From Bacteroidales bacterium (GTDB lineage: Bacteria > Bacteroidota > Bacteroidia > Bacteroidales > UBA4417), in NCBI GenBank assembly GCA_038213495.1, contig JBBQSY010000001.1:30800-94799 (forward strand): 64,000 nt of DNA, written 5' to 3'. Made by a program: the position numbers and the translations under genes. The notes beneath the pieces are model-generated. The model was not told the DNA's origin, made no database searches, and was given only the letters and a program-made list of their open reading frames with translations. Each line of letters opens with the position of its first letter. The first letter of the stretch is position 1. Below are positions 1-11,964 of this stretch, piece after piece.

Positions 1-80
1 ATTCCAAAGTAATGGGTGGTACCGATCTGGAAATTGAGACCCTGATGAAGGAACTGATCAACAGCCACATCATAGGATAG
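1..80 (+). CDS. etfB: Electron transfer flavoprotein beta subunit, C-terminal end (5' part lies outside the window)
   Basis: Frame 3 is open from the window edge (..SKVMGGTDLEIETLMKELINSHIIG*) with TAG at 78-80. It lies directly upstream of etfA in the usual etfB-etfA order. Confidence 0.6.
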   Translation, partial: SKVMGGTDLEIETLMKELINSHIIG

Positions 81-124
81 AAACCTGAAGAAAATAAAAA
101 ATCACTGATTAATACTAAAAGCAC

Positions 125-1147
125 GTGAACAACATATTTGTTTATTGCGAGGTTACCGACGACGGATTGATTGAAGAAGTCAGCCTCGAACTCCTCTCGA
201 AAGGGAAAAAGCTTGCGGGCGACCTGAATGTTAAATTGGAAGCAATCGTAATCGGACACAAAATTCCGGATCTGGAGTCCCAGGTTTATCCGTATGGCGT
301 TGCTGTAGTGCATTATGCTGACGATGAAAGGCTTTTTCCATATACAACGCTCCCGCATGCTTCCATCATTCTTGACCTGTTCGGGAAAGAAAAACCGGAA
401 ATTGCACTTTTTGGCGCAACCAGCATCGGACGCGATCTGGCTCCGCGTGTAGCTTCAGCTCTCCGCTGCGGGCTCACGGCCGATTGTACCAGCCTCGAAA
501 TCGGAGATCATTTCGAAAACAAAACACAGACTGAATACAAAAACCTCTTATATCAAATAAGGCCGGCCTTTGGAGGAAATATCATAGCTACCATCATCAA
601 CCCCGAAACCCGCCCACAGATGGCAACGGTAAGGGAAGGTGTTATGAAAAAAGAGATATTTTCGAATAAATTCAAGGGAAAGCTTCATAAAATAGATGCA
701 AAAAGCATTCTCAAGGACGATGATTTTGCTGTGACAATCATTGAACGTCACATGGAAAAAAGCAAGATCGACATTAAGAATTCCCAGGTTATCATTTCAG
801 GCGGCTACGGTGTAGGATCGAAAGAGAATTTCAACCTGCTTTTCGATCTGGCTGATATCCTTGGTGCACAGGTTGGCGCTTCGCGTGCTGCTGTGGATGC
901 AGGATTTGTTGAACATGAACGCCAGGTTGGCCAGACAGGGGTAACCGTCAGACCCAAACTTTATATCGCCTGCGGAATTTCAGGAGCAGTTCAGCACAGG
1001 GCCGGAATGGATCAATCAGCTCAGATCATATCCATTAATACCGACATCAGTGCACCCATTAATCACATTGCCGACTATACCATTATTGGAAATGTGGCGG
1101 ATGTGATTCCTAAAATGATCAAATATTACAAGAAAAACTCGAAATAA
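125..1147 (+). CDS. etfA: Electron transfer flavoprotein alpha subunit
   Basis: 340-aa ORF with GTG start. The C-terminal FAD-binding region (SGGYGVGS...GASRAAVDAGF...QVGQTGVTVRPKLYIACGISGAVQH) is typical of EtfA. Confidence 0.9.
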   Translation: MNNIFVYCEVTDDGLIEEVSLELLSKGKKLAGDLNVKLEAIVIGHKIPDLESQVYPYGVAVVHYADDERLFPYTTLPHASIILDLFGKEKPEIALFGATSIGRDLAPRVASALRCGLTADCTSLEIGDHFENKTQTEYKNLLYQIRPAFGGNIIATIINPETRPQMATVREGVMKKEIFSNKFKGKLHKIDAKSILKDDDFAVTIIERHMEKSKIDIKNSQVIISGGYGVGSKENFNLLFDLADILGAQVGASRAAVDAGFVEHERQVGQTGVTVRPKLYIACGISGAVQHRAGMDQSAQIISINTDISAPINHIADYTIIGNVADVIPKMIKYYKKNSK

Positions 1148-1161
1148 ATCTACCGACCACA

Positions 1162-2865
1162 ATGGAAAATTTTTATAACGACAATCCCAATCTCAGGTTT
1201 CATTTGACCCATCCCCTGATGGAGAAGATAGTGAAGCTGAAAGAGTCAGGCTATAGCCAGAAAGAACAATACGATTTTGCTCCCCTCGATTTTGAAGATG
1301 CTATTGACAATTACGACAAAGTAATGGAAATCATAGGCGAAATCAGTGGTGAAATTATTGCTCCTAATGCTGAATCTGTTGATAAGGAAGGACCTGAACT
1401 TATTGATAACGAGGTTAAATATGCCCGGGGAACGCAGCAAAACTATGATGCTCTCGTTAAAGCAGGTTTGGTTGGATTTACCCTTCCCAGGGAATACGAC
1501 GGACTCAATTTCCCGGTTGTACCTTATGTAATGTCGGGCGAAGTTGTTTCGCGTGCCGATGCAGGATTTGCTAACATCTGGGGCTTGCAGGATTGTGCAG
1601 AAACTATTCATGAGTTTGCATCCGACGAAATTAAAGCCGAATTCCTGCCTCGCTTTTACAAAGGTGCAACTGCAGCAATGGATCTTACTGAACCCGATGC
1701 AGGCTCGGATTTGCAGGCAGTTCAGTTAAAAGCCACTTTCGATGCACAAAAAAACGTTTGGATCCTTGATGGTGTTAAACGGTTTATCACGAACGGGGAT
1801 GCGGATATTTCACTTGTTCTTGCCCGTTCCGAAGAAGGAACATCCGATGCACGAGGTCTTTCACTCTTTGTTTACGACAGGAATGAAAAGGCAGTAACCG
1901 TACGTCGAATCGAGAATAAACTGGGTATTAAAGGATCACCAACCTGCGAACTTGTATTTCACAACGCACCCGCCAAACTGATTGGTGATACCAAATTGGG
2001 ATTGATCAAATATGTAATGTCACTGATGAATTCGGCACGGCTTGGTGTTGGTTCACAATCAGTAGGTATTGCCGAAGCGGCTTACCGCGAAGCATTTAAA
2101 TATGCAAACGAACGCGAGCAATTCGGGAAATCGATTATTAAGTATTCCGCTGTTTTCGAGATGCTTACCAACATGAAAGTGAAGATCGACGCCATGCGTA
2201 CTTTACTTTACGAAACAGCCAGGTACGTTGATATTTACAAGGCATACAATTTTACTTCGCACGACAGGAAACTTGAACCCGAAGAACGACAGGAAGCAAA
2301 AATGTACCAGAAACTGGCTGATATGTTCACTCCGCTGGTAAAACTCTATTCCAGTGAAGGTTGCAACCAGATTGCTTATGATGCTATCCAGATATTTGGT
2401 GGTACTGGTTATATGAAAGATTTCCCGATCGAACGCATATACCGCGACGCACGAATAACTACCATCTACGAAGGTACATCACAGCTACAGGTTGTTGCGG
2501 CTATCCGGAATGTTGGAAACGGTGCTTACCTGGCAGCCATGCGCGAACGCGGCCAGTTAGCGGTAAAACCCGAATTGGAATACCTGAAAGGAACACTTGA
2601 TAAAATGACTGAACAGTATGCCAAAACAGTTGAAAAAGTTACTGAATTCGCTGATAACGAATACTTTGACTTCCACGCACGGCGGATGGTCGAGATGGCT
2701 GCAAATGTTCTGATCGGTTACCTCTTGCTTTACGATGCCAACAGGAGCGAAGTATATACAAAATCAACCGATATTTTTATCCGTAAAGGCAGGGCCGAAA
2801 ATATTTCATCGGTCAGTTTCATCAATAATTGTCATCCAAAAGATGTGAATGATTTTAAAATGTAA
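1162..2865 (+). CDS. Acyl-CoA dehydrogenase, long form with C-terminal extension
   Basis: 567-aa ORF with ACAD motifs (TEPDAGSDL, GVKRFITNG, IFGGTGYMKDFPIERIYRDARITTIYEGTSQLQ). It follows etfBA. Confidence 0.85.
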   Translation: MENFYNDNPNLRFHLTHPLMEKIVKLKESGYSQKEQYDFAPLDFEDAIDNYDKVMEIIGEISGEIIAPNAESVDKEGPELIDNEVKYARGTQQNYDALVKAGLVGFTLPREYDGLNFPVVPYVMSGEVVSRADAGFANIWGLQDCAETIHEFASDEIKAEFLPRFYKGATAAMDLTEPDAGSDLQAVQLKATFDAQKNVWILDGVKRFITNGDADISLVLARSEEGTSDARGLSLFVYDRNEKAVTVRRIENKLGIKGSPTCELVFHNAPAKLIGDTKLGLIKYVMSLMNSARLGVGSQSVGIAEAAYREAFKYANEREQFGKSIIKYSAVFEMLTNMKVKIDAMRTLLYETARYVDIYKAYNFTSHDRKLEPEERQEAKMYQKLADMFTPLVKLYSSEGCNQIAYDAIQIFGGTGYMKDFPIERIYRDARITTIYEGTSQLQVVAAIRNVGNGAYLAAMRERGQLAVKPELEYLKGTLDKMTEQYAKTVEKVTEFADNEYFDFHARRMVEMAANVLIGYLLLYDANRSEVYTKSTDIFIRKGRAENISSVSFINNCHPKDVNDFKM

Positions 2866-2923
2866 ATTCTGATTGATTTTATACGGGAAATCGCTTTTAT
2901 AGGCCCGCTCAGTAAAACTATTC

Positions 2924-2960
2924 AAAGGACGTTCAAAATGAGAGCGTCCTTTTAGTTTTA
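2924..2960 (+). terminator. Intrinsic terminator after the acyl-CoA dehydrogenase gene
   Basis: Hairpin AAAGGACG...CGTCCTTT followed by TAGTTTT. Confidence 0.55.
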
Positions 2961-3165
2961 TGAATAATCGATTTGAAATTGATCCTATAGTGACAAAAAA
3001 TCAATTTACCCGGTATACGGTTGGCCCATTAAATTTTATTGCATAAACCGATTGAATATGTCGGATAATATTCTACTTTTGAATTGAAGGAGCTTTTATT
3101 TTAGTTATTTGCAATTTACTGAACCTGAGAATATTGAAACTGATCAAATTCAAAAATAATCGAAC

Positions 3166-4200
3166 GTGCCACTGTTCAGTCATCTGTTAATTCCGTTTAT
3201 TGTAGCGATATTCCTGGCTATAACAATGGGAGGGAGCGGTACCGGCCCTGCATTTTCCGCGGCGTATGGTGCAAATGTCATCCGTAAAAGCCTGATCCCG
3301 GGCCTTTTCGGAATTATGGTATTTCTTGGTGCAATCCTTGCCGGGAAGCAAACCGCATCTACTATTGGGAAAGATCTGATCAACCCGGATGTTATGACTT
3401 TCTCAGTTGTTTCAATCATTCTTTTCTCGGTGGCCATTTCTTTGCTGATTGCCAATTTATTCGGAATTCCCCAGTCAACAAGTCAATCCACTGTACTGGC
3501 TATTTTTGCTGCCGGTTTATATTTTCATAAAGTAAATACACATAAAATATTTCTGGAAGTTATACCGGCCTGGTTTATTCTGCCGGTGATTGCTTTCTTT
3601 TTAAGCCTGTTTTTTGGAAAATATATTTACCGCCCGATGCGACGCCGGGGGCTTACCATGTCACGTTCGACGAATGTAAACAGGAAACATTTTATCAATG
3701 GTTTAATATTATTTATGTCGCTTTATGTTGCTTTTTCAATCGGATCCAATAATGTTGCCAACGCAGCCGGTCCAATTGCAACCATGACCTCCAATGAACT
3801 TCATATAACAGGCGACAGAAATTTTATCCTCATCATGATCTTGTCCATACTGATGGTGGCACCAAGTTTTGCGATAGGAAGTTCTATTTTCGGGAATAAA
3901 ATACTAAATAATACAGGAAAAGAGATTGTGTTATTCGGCAAGTTCGAAGCAGGGATAATTGCCTTTGTGTCGGCCAGTTTACTATTACTTGCTTCTGTAA
4001 TCAAAGGGATTCCTACATCACTGGTGCAATTGAATGTAGCAGCAATTCTGGGGATTGGAGTGGCCAAACTCGGAACAAAAAATATTTTCAGGAAAACGGA
4101 GGTACGAAAGTTTTTCATTATGTGGGTGGTTGCCCCCTCCATTTCATTCTCTTTATGCCTTTTATTGCTTTTTATTGTTGATAAAATGGGATATCTGTAA
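3166..4200 (+). CDS. Inorganic phosphate transporter, PiT family
   Basis: 344-aa polytopic membrane ORF with GTG start. It has a PHO4-like repeat with a GSNNVANAAGP motif. Confidence 0.7.
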   Translation: MPLFSHLLIPFIVAIFLAITMGGSGTGPAFSAAYGANVIRKSLIPGLFGIMVFLGAILAGKQTASTIGKDLINPDVMTFSVVSIILFSVAISLLIANLFGIPQSTSQSTVLAIFAAGLYFHKVNTHKIFLEVIPAWFILPVIAFFLSLFFGKYIYRPMRRRGLTMSRSTNVNRKHFINGLILFMSLYVAFSIGSNNVANAAGPIATMTSNELHITGDRNFILIMILSILMVAPSFAIGSSIFGNKILNNTGKEIVLFGKFEAGIIAFVSASLLLLASVIKGIPTSLVQLNVAAILGIGVAKLGTKNIFRKTEVRKFFIMWVVAPSISFSLCLLLLFIVDKMGYL

Positions 4201-4251
4201 AGCCGGATTTCGAAGATTGTAACCGAACGTATTTAATTAAAGCCAACCTGT

Positions 4252-4905
4252 ATGAATAACCAGGAAATCATCCTCAAAACCGTTGATTTTGTTAAAGCAT
4301 CATTATCAGAAGCCGAAGGTGGCCATGACTGGTGGCATATATACCGGGTATGGAAAACTGCAAATCATATTGCTGAAAATGAGGATGTTGATTTGTTTGT
4401 TGTTGAACTTGGTGCTCTATTGCATGATATTGCCGATTCGAAATTTCATGATGGCGATGAGGAAATTGGCCCTCGTATAGCAATTGAATTCCTGCAATCT
4501 CTTCAGGTTCCTGAAAAGATAATAATTCATGTCGGGCAAATAATATCAAATATCTCATTCAAAGGTGGTAAAGTTGAACAGAAATTCAGATCACCCGAAC
4601 TGGATGTAATTCAGGATGCCGACCGCCTTGATGCGCTGGGGGCCATCGGAATTGCCCGAACTTTCAATTATGGCGGTCATAAAGGCCGGGCCATTTATAA
4701 TCCGGGAATCAAACCCAACCTCAATTTGAGCAAGGAAGAATATAAAAACAGTGATGCCCCAACTTTAAACCACTTTTACGAAAAACTGCTCTTACTCAAA
4801 GATTTAATGAATACCCGATCAGGAAGAAAAATGGCTGAGCAGCGGCATAATTTTATGCTACACTACCTCGATGAATTTTATAAAGAATGGGAAGGGGAGA
4901 AGTGA
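4252..4905 (+). CDS. HD-domain phosphohydrolase (YedJ-like)
   Basis: 217 aa with the H..HD metal motif (WWHIYRV...LLHDIADSK) and a downstream DADRLDALGAIG motif. Confidence 0.8.
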   Translation: MNNQEIILKTVDFVKASLSEAEGGHDWWHIYRVWKTANHIAENEDVDLFVVELGALLHDIADSKFHDGDEEIGPRIAIEFLQSLQVPEKIIIHVGQIISNISFKGGKVEQKFRSPELDVIQDADRLDALGAIGIARTFNYGGHKGRAIYNPGIKPNLNLSKEEYKNSDAPTLNHFYEKLLLLKDLMNTRSGRKMAEQRHNFMLHYLDEFYKEWEGEK

Positions 4906-4953
4906 AAAGTGAAAAATGAAAAGTGAAAAGTGAAAAGTGAAAAGTGAAAAGTG
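4902..4953. repeat. Heptanucleotide tandem repeat, (GTGAAAA) x7 with one ATGAAAA variant unit
   Basis: Read directly from the sequence. The first unit contains the TGA stop of the HD-domain gene (4903-4905). Confidence 0.95.
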
Positions 4954-4985
4954 TCTGCACACCCGCAGGGTGTCTGACACTGAAG

Positions 4986-5019
4986 AAAAAAAAAGAACGC
5001 CTTAATTTAAAGCGTTCTT
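4986..5019 (-). terminator. Intrinsic terminator of clpC
   Basis: Stem AAGAACGC/GCGTTCTT with an 11-nt loop. On the minus strand it is followed by a run of nine U. Confidence 0.75.
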
Positions 5020-5042
5020 ATTTAAGCATATGAAGTTTAGAT

Positions 5043-7661
5043 TTATTCCGCAGGATCTGCCGGTGTTTCTAAAAGTGGAGTATCTTCCGACTGATCAGGC
5101 TTTTCAGGTTTTTCGACCAGGATTTTCATATCCTTGATATCAGGATCAAAATCTATATTTACAATATCTCCTTCAGCGAGTTTGGTGAGTATGATTTCTT
5201 CTGCAAGCATATCTTCAACATACTTCTGGATAGCCCTTTTAAGCGGGCGAGCTCCAAACTGTTCATCCCAGCCTTTTTCGAGAATATAATCTTTAGCTCT
5301 TTCAGTAATACGCGGCTCGTAACCCATGGTGCGTATGCGGGCAAATAAGTTAGAGAGTTCAATGTCGATGATTTTATGAATATCCTCACGTTCGAGCGAG
5401 TCGAAAATAATAACATCATCAATCCTGTTCAGGAACTCAGGCGCAAATGACTTTTTCAAGGCATTCTCAATCACGCTGGTGGCAATACTCGAACTTTGCG
5501 ATTGGCGGGCGCTAGTATTGAAACCGACACCGGCACCGAAATCCTTGAGCTGCCGCGAACCGATATTGGACGTCATAATTACAATAGTATTCTTAAAATC
5601 AACTCTTCTGCCAAGGCTGTCAGTCAGTTGACCGTCGTCGAGTACCTGAAGCAGGATATGAAATATGTCCGGATGGGCCTTTTCAATTTCATCGAGCAAT
5701 ACGATAGAGTAGGGGCGTCGGCGCACTTTTTCGGTCAACTGTCCTCCTTCTTCATAACCCACATATCCCGGAGGCGCTCCAACGAGACGTGAAACGGCGA
5801 ATTTCTCCATGTATTCACTCATATCAATACGAATGAGTGCATCTTCGGTATCGAAGAGATATCGAGATAATATTTTGGCAAGGTGAGTTTTACCAACACC
5901 TGTCGGACCCAGGAAGATAAATGTACCGATGGGTTTGTTCGGATCTTTCAGCCCGGCACGATTACGGCGTATCGCTTTTACTACTTTTTTAATGGCACTT
6001 TCCTGGCCGATAACTGCTCCTCCAAGTTCCTGCTCCATGTTCATAAGCCGCGAACCTTCATTCTCGGCAATACGCTGAACCGGAACTCCGGTCATCATGG
6101 CAACAACTTCAGCCACATTGTCTTCCGAAACCATCTGACGGTTAATTTTCGAATCTTCCTCCCAGCTCTGTTTCAGTGCCTCGAGTTGTGCCTGTGCTTT
6201 GCGCTCATCGTCCCTGTAACGGGCTGCCTCTTCGTATTTCTGGCCTTTTATTGCCTTCATCTTCTTCTGCCTGATGTCTTCAATAAGGCTTTCGGTGGTA
6301 ACAATCTCAACAGGCACATGCATGTTCGAAATATGAACACGGGCACCTGATTCGTCGAGTGCATCAATTGCTTTGTCGGGAAGGCAACGGTCGGTAAGAT
6401 AGCGGTTTGTGAGTGTTACACAGGCGTTGATGGCCTCAGGGGTATATTTTACCAGGTGATGATCCTCGTATTTTTCTTTTATCTGGTTCAGAATAATAAC
6501 AGTTTCCTCAGGTGAGGTTGGATCGACTATAATTTTTTGAAACCTGCGTTCCAAAGCACCATCTTTTTCGATGTATTGACGGTATTCGTCGAGGGTGGTT
6601 GCACCAATACATTGTATTTCGCCCCGGGCAAGTGCCGGCTTGAACATATTGCTTGCATCAAGCGACCCGCTGGCATTCCCTGCACCAACTATAGTGTGTA
6701 TTTCGTCAATAAACAGTATGATATCACGGTTTTTCTCCAGTTCGTTCAACACAGCTTTCATACGTTCCTCGAACTGTCCGCGGTATTTGGTTCCTGCAAC
6801 CAACGATGCGAGATCGAGTGTGTAAACTCGCTTGTTAAATAAGGCACGCGACACTTTTCGTTGTATAATCCGCAACGCAAGTCCTTCCGCAATTGCGGAT
6901 TTACCAACACCAGGTTCGCCGATTAATATAGGATTATTCTTTTTACGGCGGCTCAGAATCTGGGAAATCCGTTCCAGTTCTTTTTCACGGCCAACGATAG
7001 GATCCAGGCGATTTTCTTCAGCTGCCTTGGTGAGGTCACGGCCAAAATTGTCGAGAACCGGGGTTTTTGACTTGCTGTCAGCCGTTTTTCTCAGGTTTTC
7101 GATACCACCGCCCTCGTCCGGATCATCATCCTGCGAGCTTCCCGAAAGTTCATCTTTAGGGTCCGAATCGCTTTCTCCAAAGAGTCTTTCCCTCTCTCCC
7201 TGCGTTTGAGATGAATCTTCACCTGTAATCAGGTATGATTTTACTTCCTCTTTAAAAAGATCGTAATCCACATTGTATTTTTTTACCGATCGCGTTACCA
7301 GGTTATCTTCGTCTTTCAGGATAGCGAGAAGAAGATGTTCTGTTCCTATTAATTCACTGTTAAAAAGTTTAGCTTCGAGGTAGGTCAGTTTTAAAGCCCG
7401 TTCAGCCTGCTTTACAAGAGGCAGGTTATCATTTACTTTATTGTGGTTCGCAGGATTGGCAATTGCCGTTTCAATGGTACGGCGCAACTCAGCCATATCC
7501 ACATTGAGATAACTCAAAATCCGGATTGCCAATCCCTCACCTTCACGTATCATACCCAGTAGAAGGTGTTCAACGCCTATATATTCATTGCCAAGTCTGA
7601 TAGCCTCTTCCCGGCTAAAAGACAAAACATCTTTAACTCTCTGTGAAAACTTTGCTTCCAT
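5043..7661 (-). CDS. clpC: ATP-dependent Clp protease ATP-binding subunit ClpC (class I AAA+)
   Basis: 872 aa with two Clp_N repeats, two Walker A motifs ([18 protein letters not shown]) and a UVR-like middle region. Confidence 0.9.
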   Translation of the reverse strand: MEAKFSQRVKDVLSFSREEAIRLGNEYIGVEHLLLGMIREGEGLAIRILSYLNVDMAELRRTIETAIANPANHNKVNDNLPLVKQAERALKLTYLEAKLFNSELIGTEHLLLAILKDEDNLVTRSVKKYNVDYDLFKEEVKSYLITGEDSSQTQGERERLFGESDSDPKDELSGSSQDDDPDEGGGIENLRKTADSKSKTPVLDNFGRDLTKAAEENRLDPIVGREKELERISQILSRRKKNNPILIGEPGVGKSAIAEGLALRIIQRKVSRALFNKRVYTLDLASLVAGTKYRGQFEERMKAVLNELEKNRDIILFIDEIHTIVGAGNASGSLDASNMFKPALARGEIQCIGATTLDEYRQYIEKDGALERRFQKIIVDPTSPEETVIILNQIKEKYEDHHLVKYTPEAINACVTLTNRYLTDRCLPDKAIDALDESGARVHISNMHVPVEIVTTESLIEDIRQKKMKAIKGQKYEEAARYRDDERKAQAQLEALKQSWEEDSKINRQMVSEDNVAEVVAMMTGVPVQRIAENEGSRLMNMEQELGGAVIGQESAIKKVVKAIRRNRAGLKDPNKPIGTFIFLGPTGVGKTHLAKILSRYLFDTEDALIRIDMSEYMEKFAVSRLVGAPPGYVGYEEGGQLTEKVRRRPYSIVLLDEIEKAHPDIFHILLQVLDDGQLTDSLGRRVDFKNTIVIMTSNIGSRQLKDFGAGVGFNTSARQSQSSSIATSVIENALKKSFAPEFLNRIDDVIIFDSLEREDIHKIIDIELSNLFARIRTMGYEPRITERAKDYILEKGWDEQFGARPLKRAIQKYVEDMLAEEIILTKLAEGDIVNIDFDPDIKDMKILVEKPEKPDQSEDTPLLETPADPAE

Positions 7662-7932
7662 GTATATATCAGTCCTTTAACTTTACTTGATTAATATTTA
7701 TTAAATCATTACAAAATTACAATATAAACGCGTAAGTCCGTAAATAGTTTATAGAAATGATGTGTATATATACTCTTAAAGCTTCATTTTCAGTAATTTG
7801 ATATTATCAACAGCCTGATGTTAAAAACAGGCGTTAAAAAGCTGAAAATTGCCTTTTTTATTTAAAAAAAAATTGTACTTTCGTAGAGATATTAGCGATA
7901 ACTTAAGCCGCTGTAAATGAAGGGATTAATAA

Positions 7933-10494
7933 ATGGATAACATTCAGGACGGGGAAAGAATACTACCTGTTAATATAGAAACACAAATGAAAGGGGCCTA
8001 CATCGATTATGCGATGTCGGTAATTGTGTCGCGTGCGCTTCCCGATGTGCGCGATGGTTTAAAACCAGTGCACAGGAGAGTATTATACGGTATGCTCGAT
8101 CTGGGAGTACTTTCCAACCGTTCGTACAAGAAATCAGCACGTATTGTTGGTGAAGTTCTTGGTAAATATCACCCGCACGGCGATACATCCGTATACGATG
8201 CCATGGTGCGTATGGCCCAGGATTGGTCATTAAGATATCCGCTTGTCGATGGACAGGGTAACTTTGGTTCCATTGATGGTGACAGCCCTGCTGCCATGCG
8301 TTATACCGAAGTAAGGCTGCGTAAATTAGCTGAGGAGCTGCTTGCCGATATCGATAAGGATACTGTTGACTTCAAATTAAATTTCGACGATACATTAGAA
8401 GAGCCCACGGTACTGCCTGCCAAAATACCGAACCTGTTAATTAACGGTACTTCAGGCATTGCAGTTGGTATGGCTACCAATATACCTCCACATAACCTTA
8501 CCGAAATTATCAACGGTTGTATAGCATACATCGATGATAAGGAAATTACCATTGAGGACCTGATGAAATATATCAAGGCACCTGATTTCCCTACAGGCGG
8601 TATCATTTATGGCTATGAAGGCGTTCGCGAGGCTTATGAAACCGGTCGCGGCCGCTTGGTGATGCGTGGTGAATCCACTTTTGAAACCGATGAAAAAGGT
8701 CGCGAAGCAATTGTTTTCACTTCCATTCCATACCAGGTGAACAAGGCTGAAATGATTAAAAAAACAGCTGACCTTGTTAATGATAAGAAAATTGAAGGCA
8801 TTTACGACATACGCGATGAAAGCGACCGCAACGGTCTTCGTATCGTTTATGAACTCAAAAAAGATGCGGTATCGAACGTTGTACTGAACAAATTATACCA
8901 GTACACTGCTTTGCAAACATCATTCAGTACCAATGCTATAGCCCTGGTAAAAGGGCGCCCTTACCAGCTCAACCTGAAACAACTGATTGGTCATTTTATT
9001 GATCACCGGCACGAAGTTATCCTTAGGCGAACTAGGTATGAACTCGCTGAGGCCCAGAAACGCGCTCATATCCTTGAAGCACTCTTAATCGCTCTCGATA
9101 ATATTGATGAAGTTATTGCCCTCATTAGAGCTGCAGCATCGCCCGACGAAGCAAAGACTAAATTAATGGAGCGTTTTTCGTTCAGCGATGTGCAGGCAAA
9201 AGCTATCCTGGACATGCGTTTGCAACGTTTAACGGGACTTGAAAGAGACAAACTTAAAGAGGAATATGCAGAACTGATGAAAATCATAGCATATTTTTTA
9301 AGTGTACTCGCCGACGAAACTATTCAGTTTGAGATCATTAAGACCGAACTTACTGAAATAAGAGAAAAGTACGGTGATGAACGCAAAACACGTATTGAAC
9401 TCAGTGCAAAAGATTTCAGAATTGAAGATACCATTGCTGATGAGGCTGTTGTTATTACGATTTCCCATATGGGATACATGAAACGTACTCCTCTTAGTGA
9501 TTATCGTCGCCAGAGCAGGGGAGGCCGGGGAGCCAGGGGATCGGATATCCGTGAGGAAGACTTCCTGGAGCATCTGTATATTGCAACCGCTCACAACTAT
9601 ATGCTTTTCTTTACCGAAAAAGGTAAGTGCTTCTGGCTCAGGGTTTATGAAATACCTGAAGGAAGCAAAACGTCCAAAGGCAGAGCGATTCAGAATATGC
9701 TGAATATTGAACCGGATGATAAAGTCAGAGCCATCATTAACCTGAAAGATCTGAAGGACGAAGAGTATATAAATAACAATTACATAATACTCTGCACTAA
9801 AAAAGGGACCATCAAAAAAACCTCTCTTGAGGCATATTCCCGTCCACGACTCAATGGTATCAATGCAATAAATATAAATGAAGGCGATCATTTACTCGAA
9901 GCCAGGATGACCAATGGAACCAGTGAGGTTTTGATGGCATTGCGCAGCGGAAGGGCCATCAGATTCAATGAAAAAACGGTTCGCCCGATGGGTCGCACTG
10001 CTACAGGAGTAAGGGGTATAACGTTAGGAGGGAAGAATGACGAAGTAATTGGCATGATATGTGTTAATACTACAGAAGAGTCTATACTGGTTGTTTCGGA
10101 AAAGGGGTATGGCAAGCGTTCGGATCTTGATGATTACCGGGTTACAAACAGGGGAGGAAAAGGTGTAAAAACCATTAATGTGACTGAGAAAACCGGGAGT
10201 CTGATTGCCATAAAAAATGTTACTGATACAGATGACCTGATGATTATCAATCTGTCAGGAATTATTATCCGCATGGGAGTAAGTGATCTGAGAGTAATGG
10301 GCCGGGCTACACAAGGTGTCCGCTTAATCAACCTGAAGGGTGATGATGGAATTGCAGCAGTAGCAAAAGTTGAAATTGATCTTGAAGATACTGACGAAAC
10401 CGAACTGCTTGATGGAATTGAATTAAATGAAACGGATGAAAACCAGGATTCGGCTAACGATACTGAATCTCCGGAAAGCGAGGACAAAGTTTAA
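7933..10494 (+). CDS. gyrA: DNA gyrase subunit A
   Basis: 853 aa. It has the active-site region AAMRYTE and the QRDR-type [18 protein letters not shown], followed by C-terminal beta-pinwheel repeats and an acidic tail. Confidence 0.97.
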   Translation: MDNIQDGERILPVNIETQMKGAYIDYAMSVIVSRALPDVRDGLKPVHRRVLYGMLDLGVLSNRSYKKSARIVGEVLGKYHPHGDTSVYDAMVRMAQDWSLRYPLVDGQGNFGSIDGDSPAAMRYTEVRLRKLAEELLADIDKDTVDFKLNFDDTLEEPTVLPAKIPNLLINGTSGIAVGMATNIPPHNLTEIINGCIAYIDDKEITIEDLMKYIKAPDFPTGGIIYGYEGVREAYETGRGRLVMRGESTFETDEKGREAIVFTSIPYQVNKAEMIKKTADLVNDKKIEGIYDIRDESDRNGLRIVYELKKDAVSNVVLNKLYQYTALQTSFSTNAIALVKGRPYQLNLKQLIGHFIDHRHEVILRRTRYELAEAQKRAHILEALLIALDNIDEVIALIRAAASPDEAKTKLMERFSFSDVQAKAILDMRLQRLTGLERDKLKEEYAELMKIIAYFLSVLADETIQFEIIKTELTEIREKYGDERKTRIELSAKDFRIEDTIADEAVVITISHMGYMKRTPLSDYRRQSRGGRGARGSDIREEDFLEHLYIATAHNYMLFFTEKGKCFWLRVYEIPEGSKTSKGRAIQNMLNIEPDDKVRAIINLKDLKDEEYINNNYIILCTKKGTIKKTSLEAYSRPRLNGINAININEGDHLLEARMTNGTSEVLMALRSGRAIRFNEKTVRPMGRTATGVRGITLGGKNDEVIGMICVNTTEESILVVSEKGYGKRSDLDDYRVTNRGGKGVKTINVTEKTGSLIAIKNVTDTDDLMIINLSGIIIRMGVSDLRVMGRATQGVRLINLKGDDGIAAVAKVEIDLEDTDETELLDGIELNETDENQDSANDTESPESEDKV

Positions 10495-10557
10495 GAATAA
10501 TAAATCCCAATAATTAACACTAACTCAAATAAAAACTAAACGTAAAAAGTTAAGGAA

Positions 10558-11748
10558 ATGAAAAGAACTCTTATTTTATTTACCCTAATTATGCTGGTGA
10601 GCGTAGCATTCGCTCAATTCAAAAAAGACAGGAACTCAGCATACAGCGCCTGGAATAAAAAGGATTTTGTAAAAGCTAAAGAAGCTATTGACAGAGCCGT
10701 TGCTTATCCCGAAGGTGAAACAGATGCCAAAGCATGGTTTTACAGAGCTAATATCTATTTAGATATTCATGTTTCCGAAGCAAAAGCAATACTCGCACCT
10801 GATGCTCTTAACATAGCGTATGAATCATTTATCAAAGCCAGGGAACTGGATACCAAAAATGATTACAAAATTGATATAGCTGCAAAACTTGCTGCTATTG
10901 GTGGCGAATTTTTCAACGAAGGAATTACGCAATTCCAGCAGAACAATTATGAAAGTGCTATCCCTTTCTTCGACAAGACAATTAAAATCAGCCAGGAAAA
11001 CCATGTAATAGATACTCTGGCAAACTACGGTCTTGCATTATGCTACGAGAAAGAAGCTGCTGCAAATCCGGCTTTAATAGATAAGGCCATAGCCAAATAC
11101 GAGTACCTGGTTGAATTGAAAATGAAAGAGGTAAGCGTATATACTTCATTGGCAAATCTTTATAAAGACAAGGGAAACCTCGAAAAAGGATCAGAGATTA
11201 TAAACATGGGAAAAGAAATGTTCCCTGGCAACACTGACCTTGTTATTACCGAGGCTAACATGTACATCTCAACAAATAATCATGCAAAGGCTATTTCCAG
11301 TCTTATGATAGCCAAGGAGAAAGAACCTAAAAATATCTCAGTGCTTTATGCCGTTGGAGTAACTTACGACCTGCTCAAAAACGATACTATACTTTCTGAT
11401 GCTGAAAGAACCGAGTATTTTAACAATGCAATAGCCAATTATAAAGAAGCTCTGGCAATCGATTCGAACTATTTTGATGCTTTATTTAATCTTGGAGCTA
11501 TTTATTTCAATAAAGGGGGAGAAGTTATCAACGAAGCGAATAAGCTTCCTATCAATGAGACAGCTAGATATGATAAAATGCTGAGCGAAGGAAACAACTA
11601 CCTGAATCTTGCATTACCATACCTGGAAAAATGTGAGGTTATTCAGCCTGACGATAAATCAACGCTTGTCTCTTTGAAAGAAATTTATACCCGTTTGAAT
11701 ATGGGTCAGAAACTAGGAGTAGTGAAAGAGAAACTAGATAACATGTAA
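10558..11748 (+). CDS. Tetratricopeptide-repeat protein with signal peptide
   Basis: 396 aa with an N-terminal signal sequence and repeated TPR-like A/Y/L patterns. Confidence 0.65.
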   Translation: MKRTLILFTLIMLVSVAFAQFKKDRNSAYSAWNKKDFVKAKEAIDRAVAYPEGETDAKAWFYRANIYLDIHVSEAKAILAPDALNIAYESFIKARELDTKNDYKIDIAAKLAAIGGEFFNEGITQFQQNNYESAIPFFDKTIKISQENHVIDTLANYGLALCYEKEAAANPALIDKAIAKYEYLVELKMKEVSVYTSLANLYKDKGNLEKGSEIINMGKEMFPGNTDLVITEANMYISTNNHAKAISSLMIAKEKEPKNISVLYAVGVTYDLLKNDTILSDAERTEYFNNAIANYKEALAIDSNYFDALFNLGAIYFNKGGEVINEANKLPINETARYDKMLSEGNNYLNLALPYLEKCEVIQPDDKSTLVSLKEIYTRLNMGQKLGVVKEKLDNM

Positions 11749-11770
11749 GTTCCTTTAATTCATAGTAGGA

Positions 11771-11800
11771 GAGCCCGTATTTTACGGGTTCTTTTATTTT
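11771..11800 (+). terminator. Intrinsic terminator after the TPR gene
   Basis: 9-bp stem GAGCCCGTA/TACGGGTTC with a UUU loop, followed by TTTTATTTT. Confidence 0.75.
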
Positions 11801-11964
11801 ACATTTTCTATTTAACATAATATTAATTATGGGCTGAATGCATATCCCAATTCTGTAATGAAACCACACTTAATTACCAGGAAGCTTTTCTTCAGTCTAA
11901 GCCCGCCAGATTTGAACATTTGAATAGAAACAGAATACTTTACACTAATTTGCAATTAAAAGAA

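Noticed and set aside
4902-4953. The tandem repeat as a CRISPR array or a coding repeat
   Set aside because: The 7-nt units have no spacers, the array lies after the stop codon, and there are stops in all frames.
5159-7209. Antisense and out-of-frame ORFs inside clpC (up to 155 aa). Similar shadow ORFs lie inside gyrA, trkH, mutL, relA, floA, the amidohydrolase gene and the YdiJ-like gene.
   Set aside because: They are fully nested in long genes with strong family motifs. Their translations are low-complexity, which is typical of shadow ORFs.
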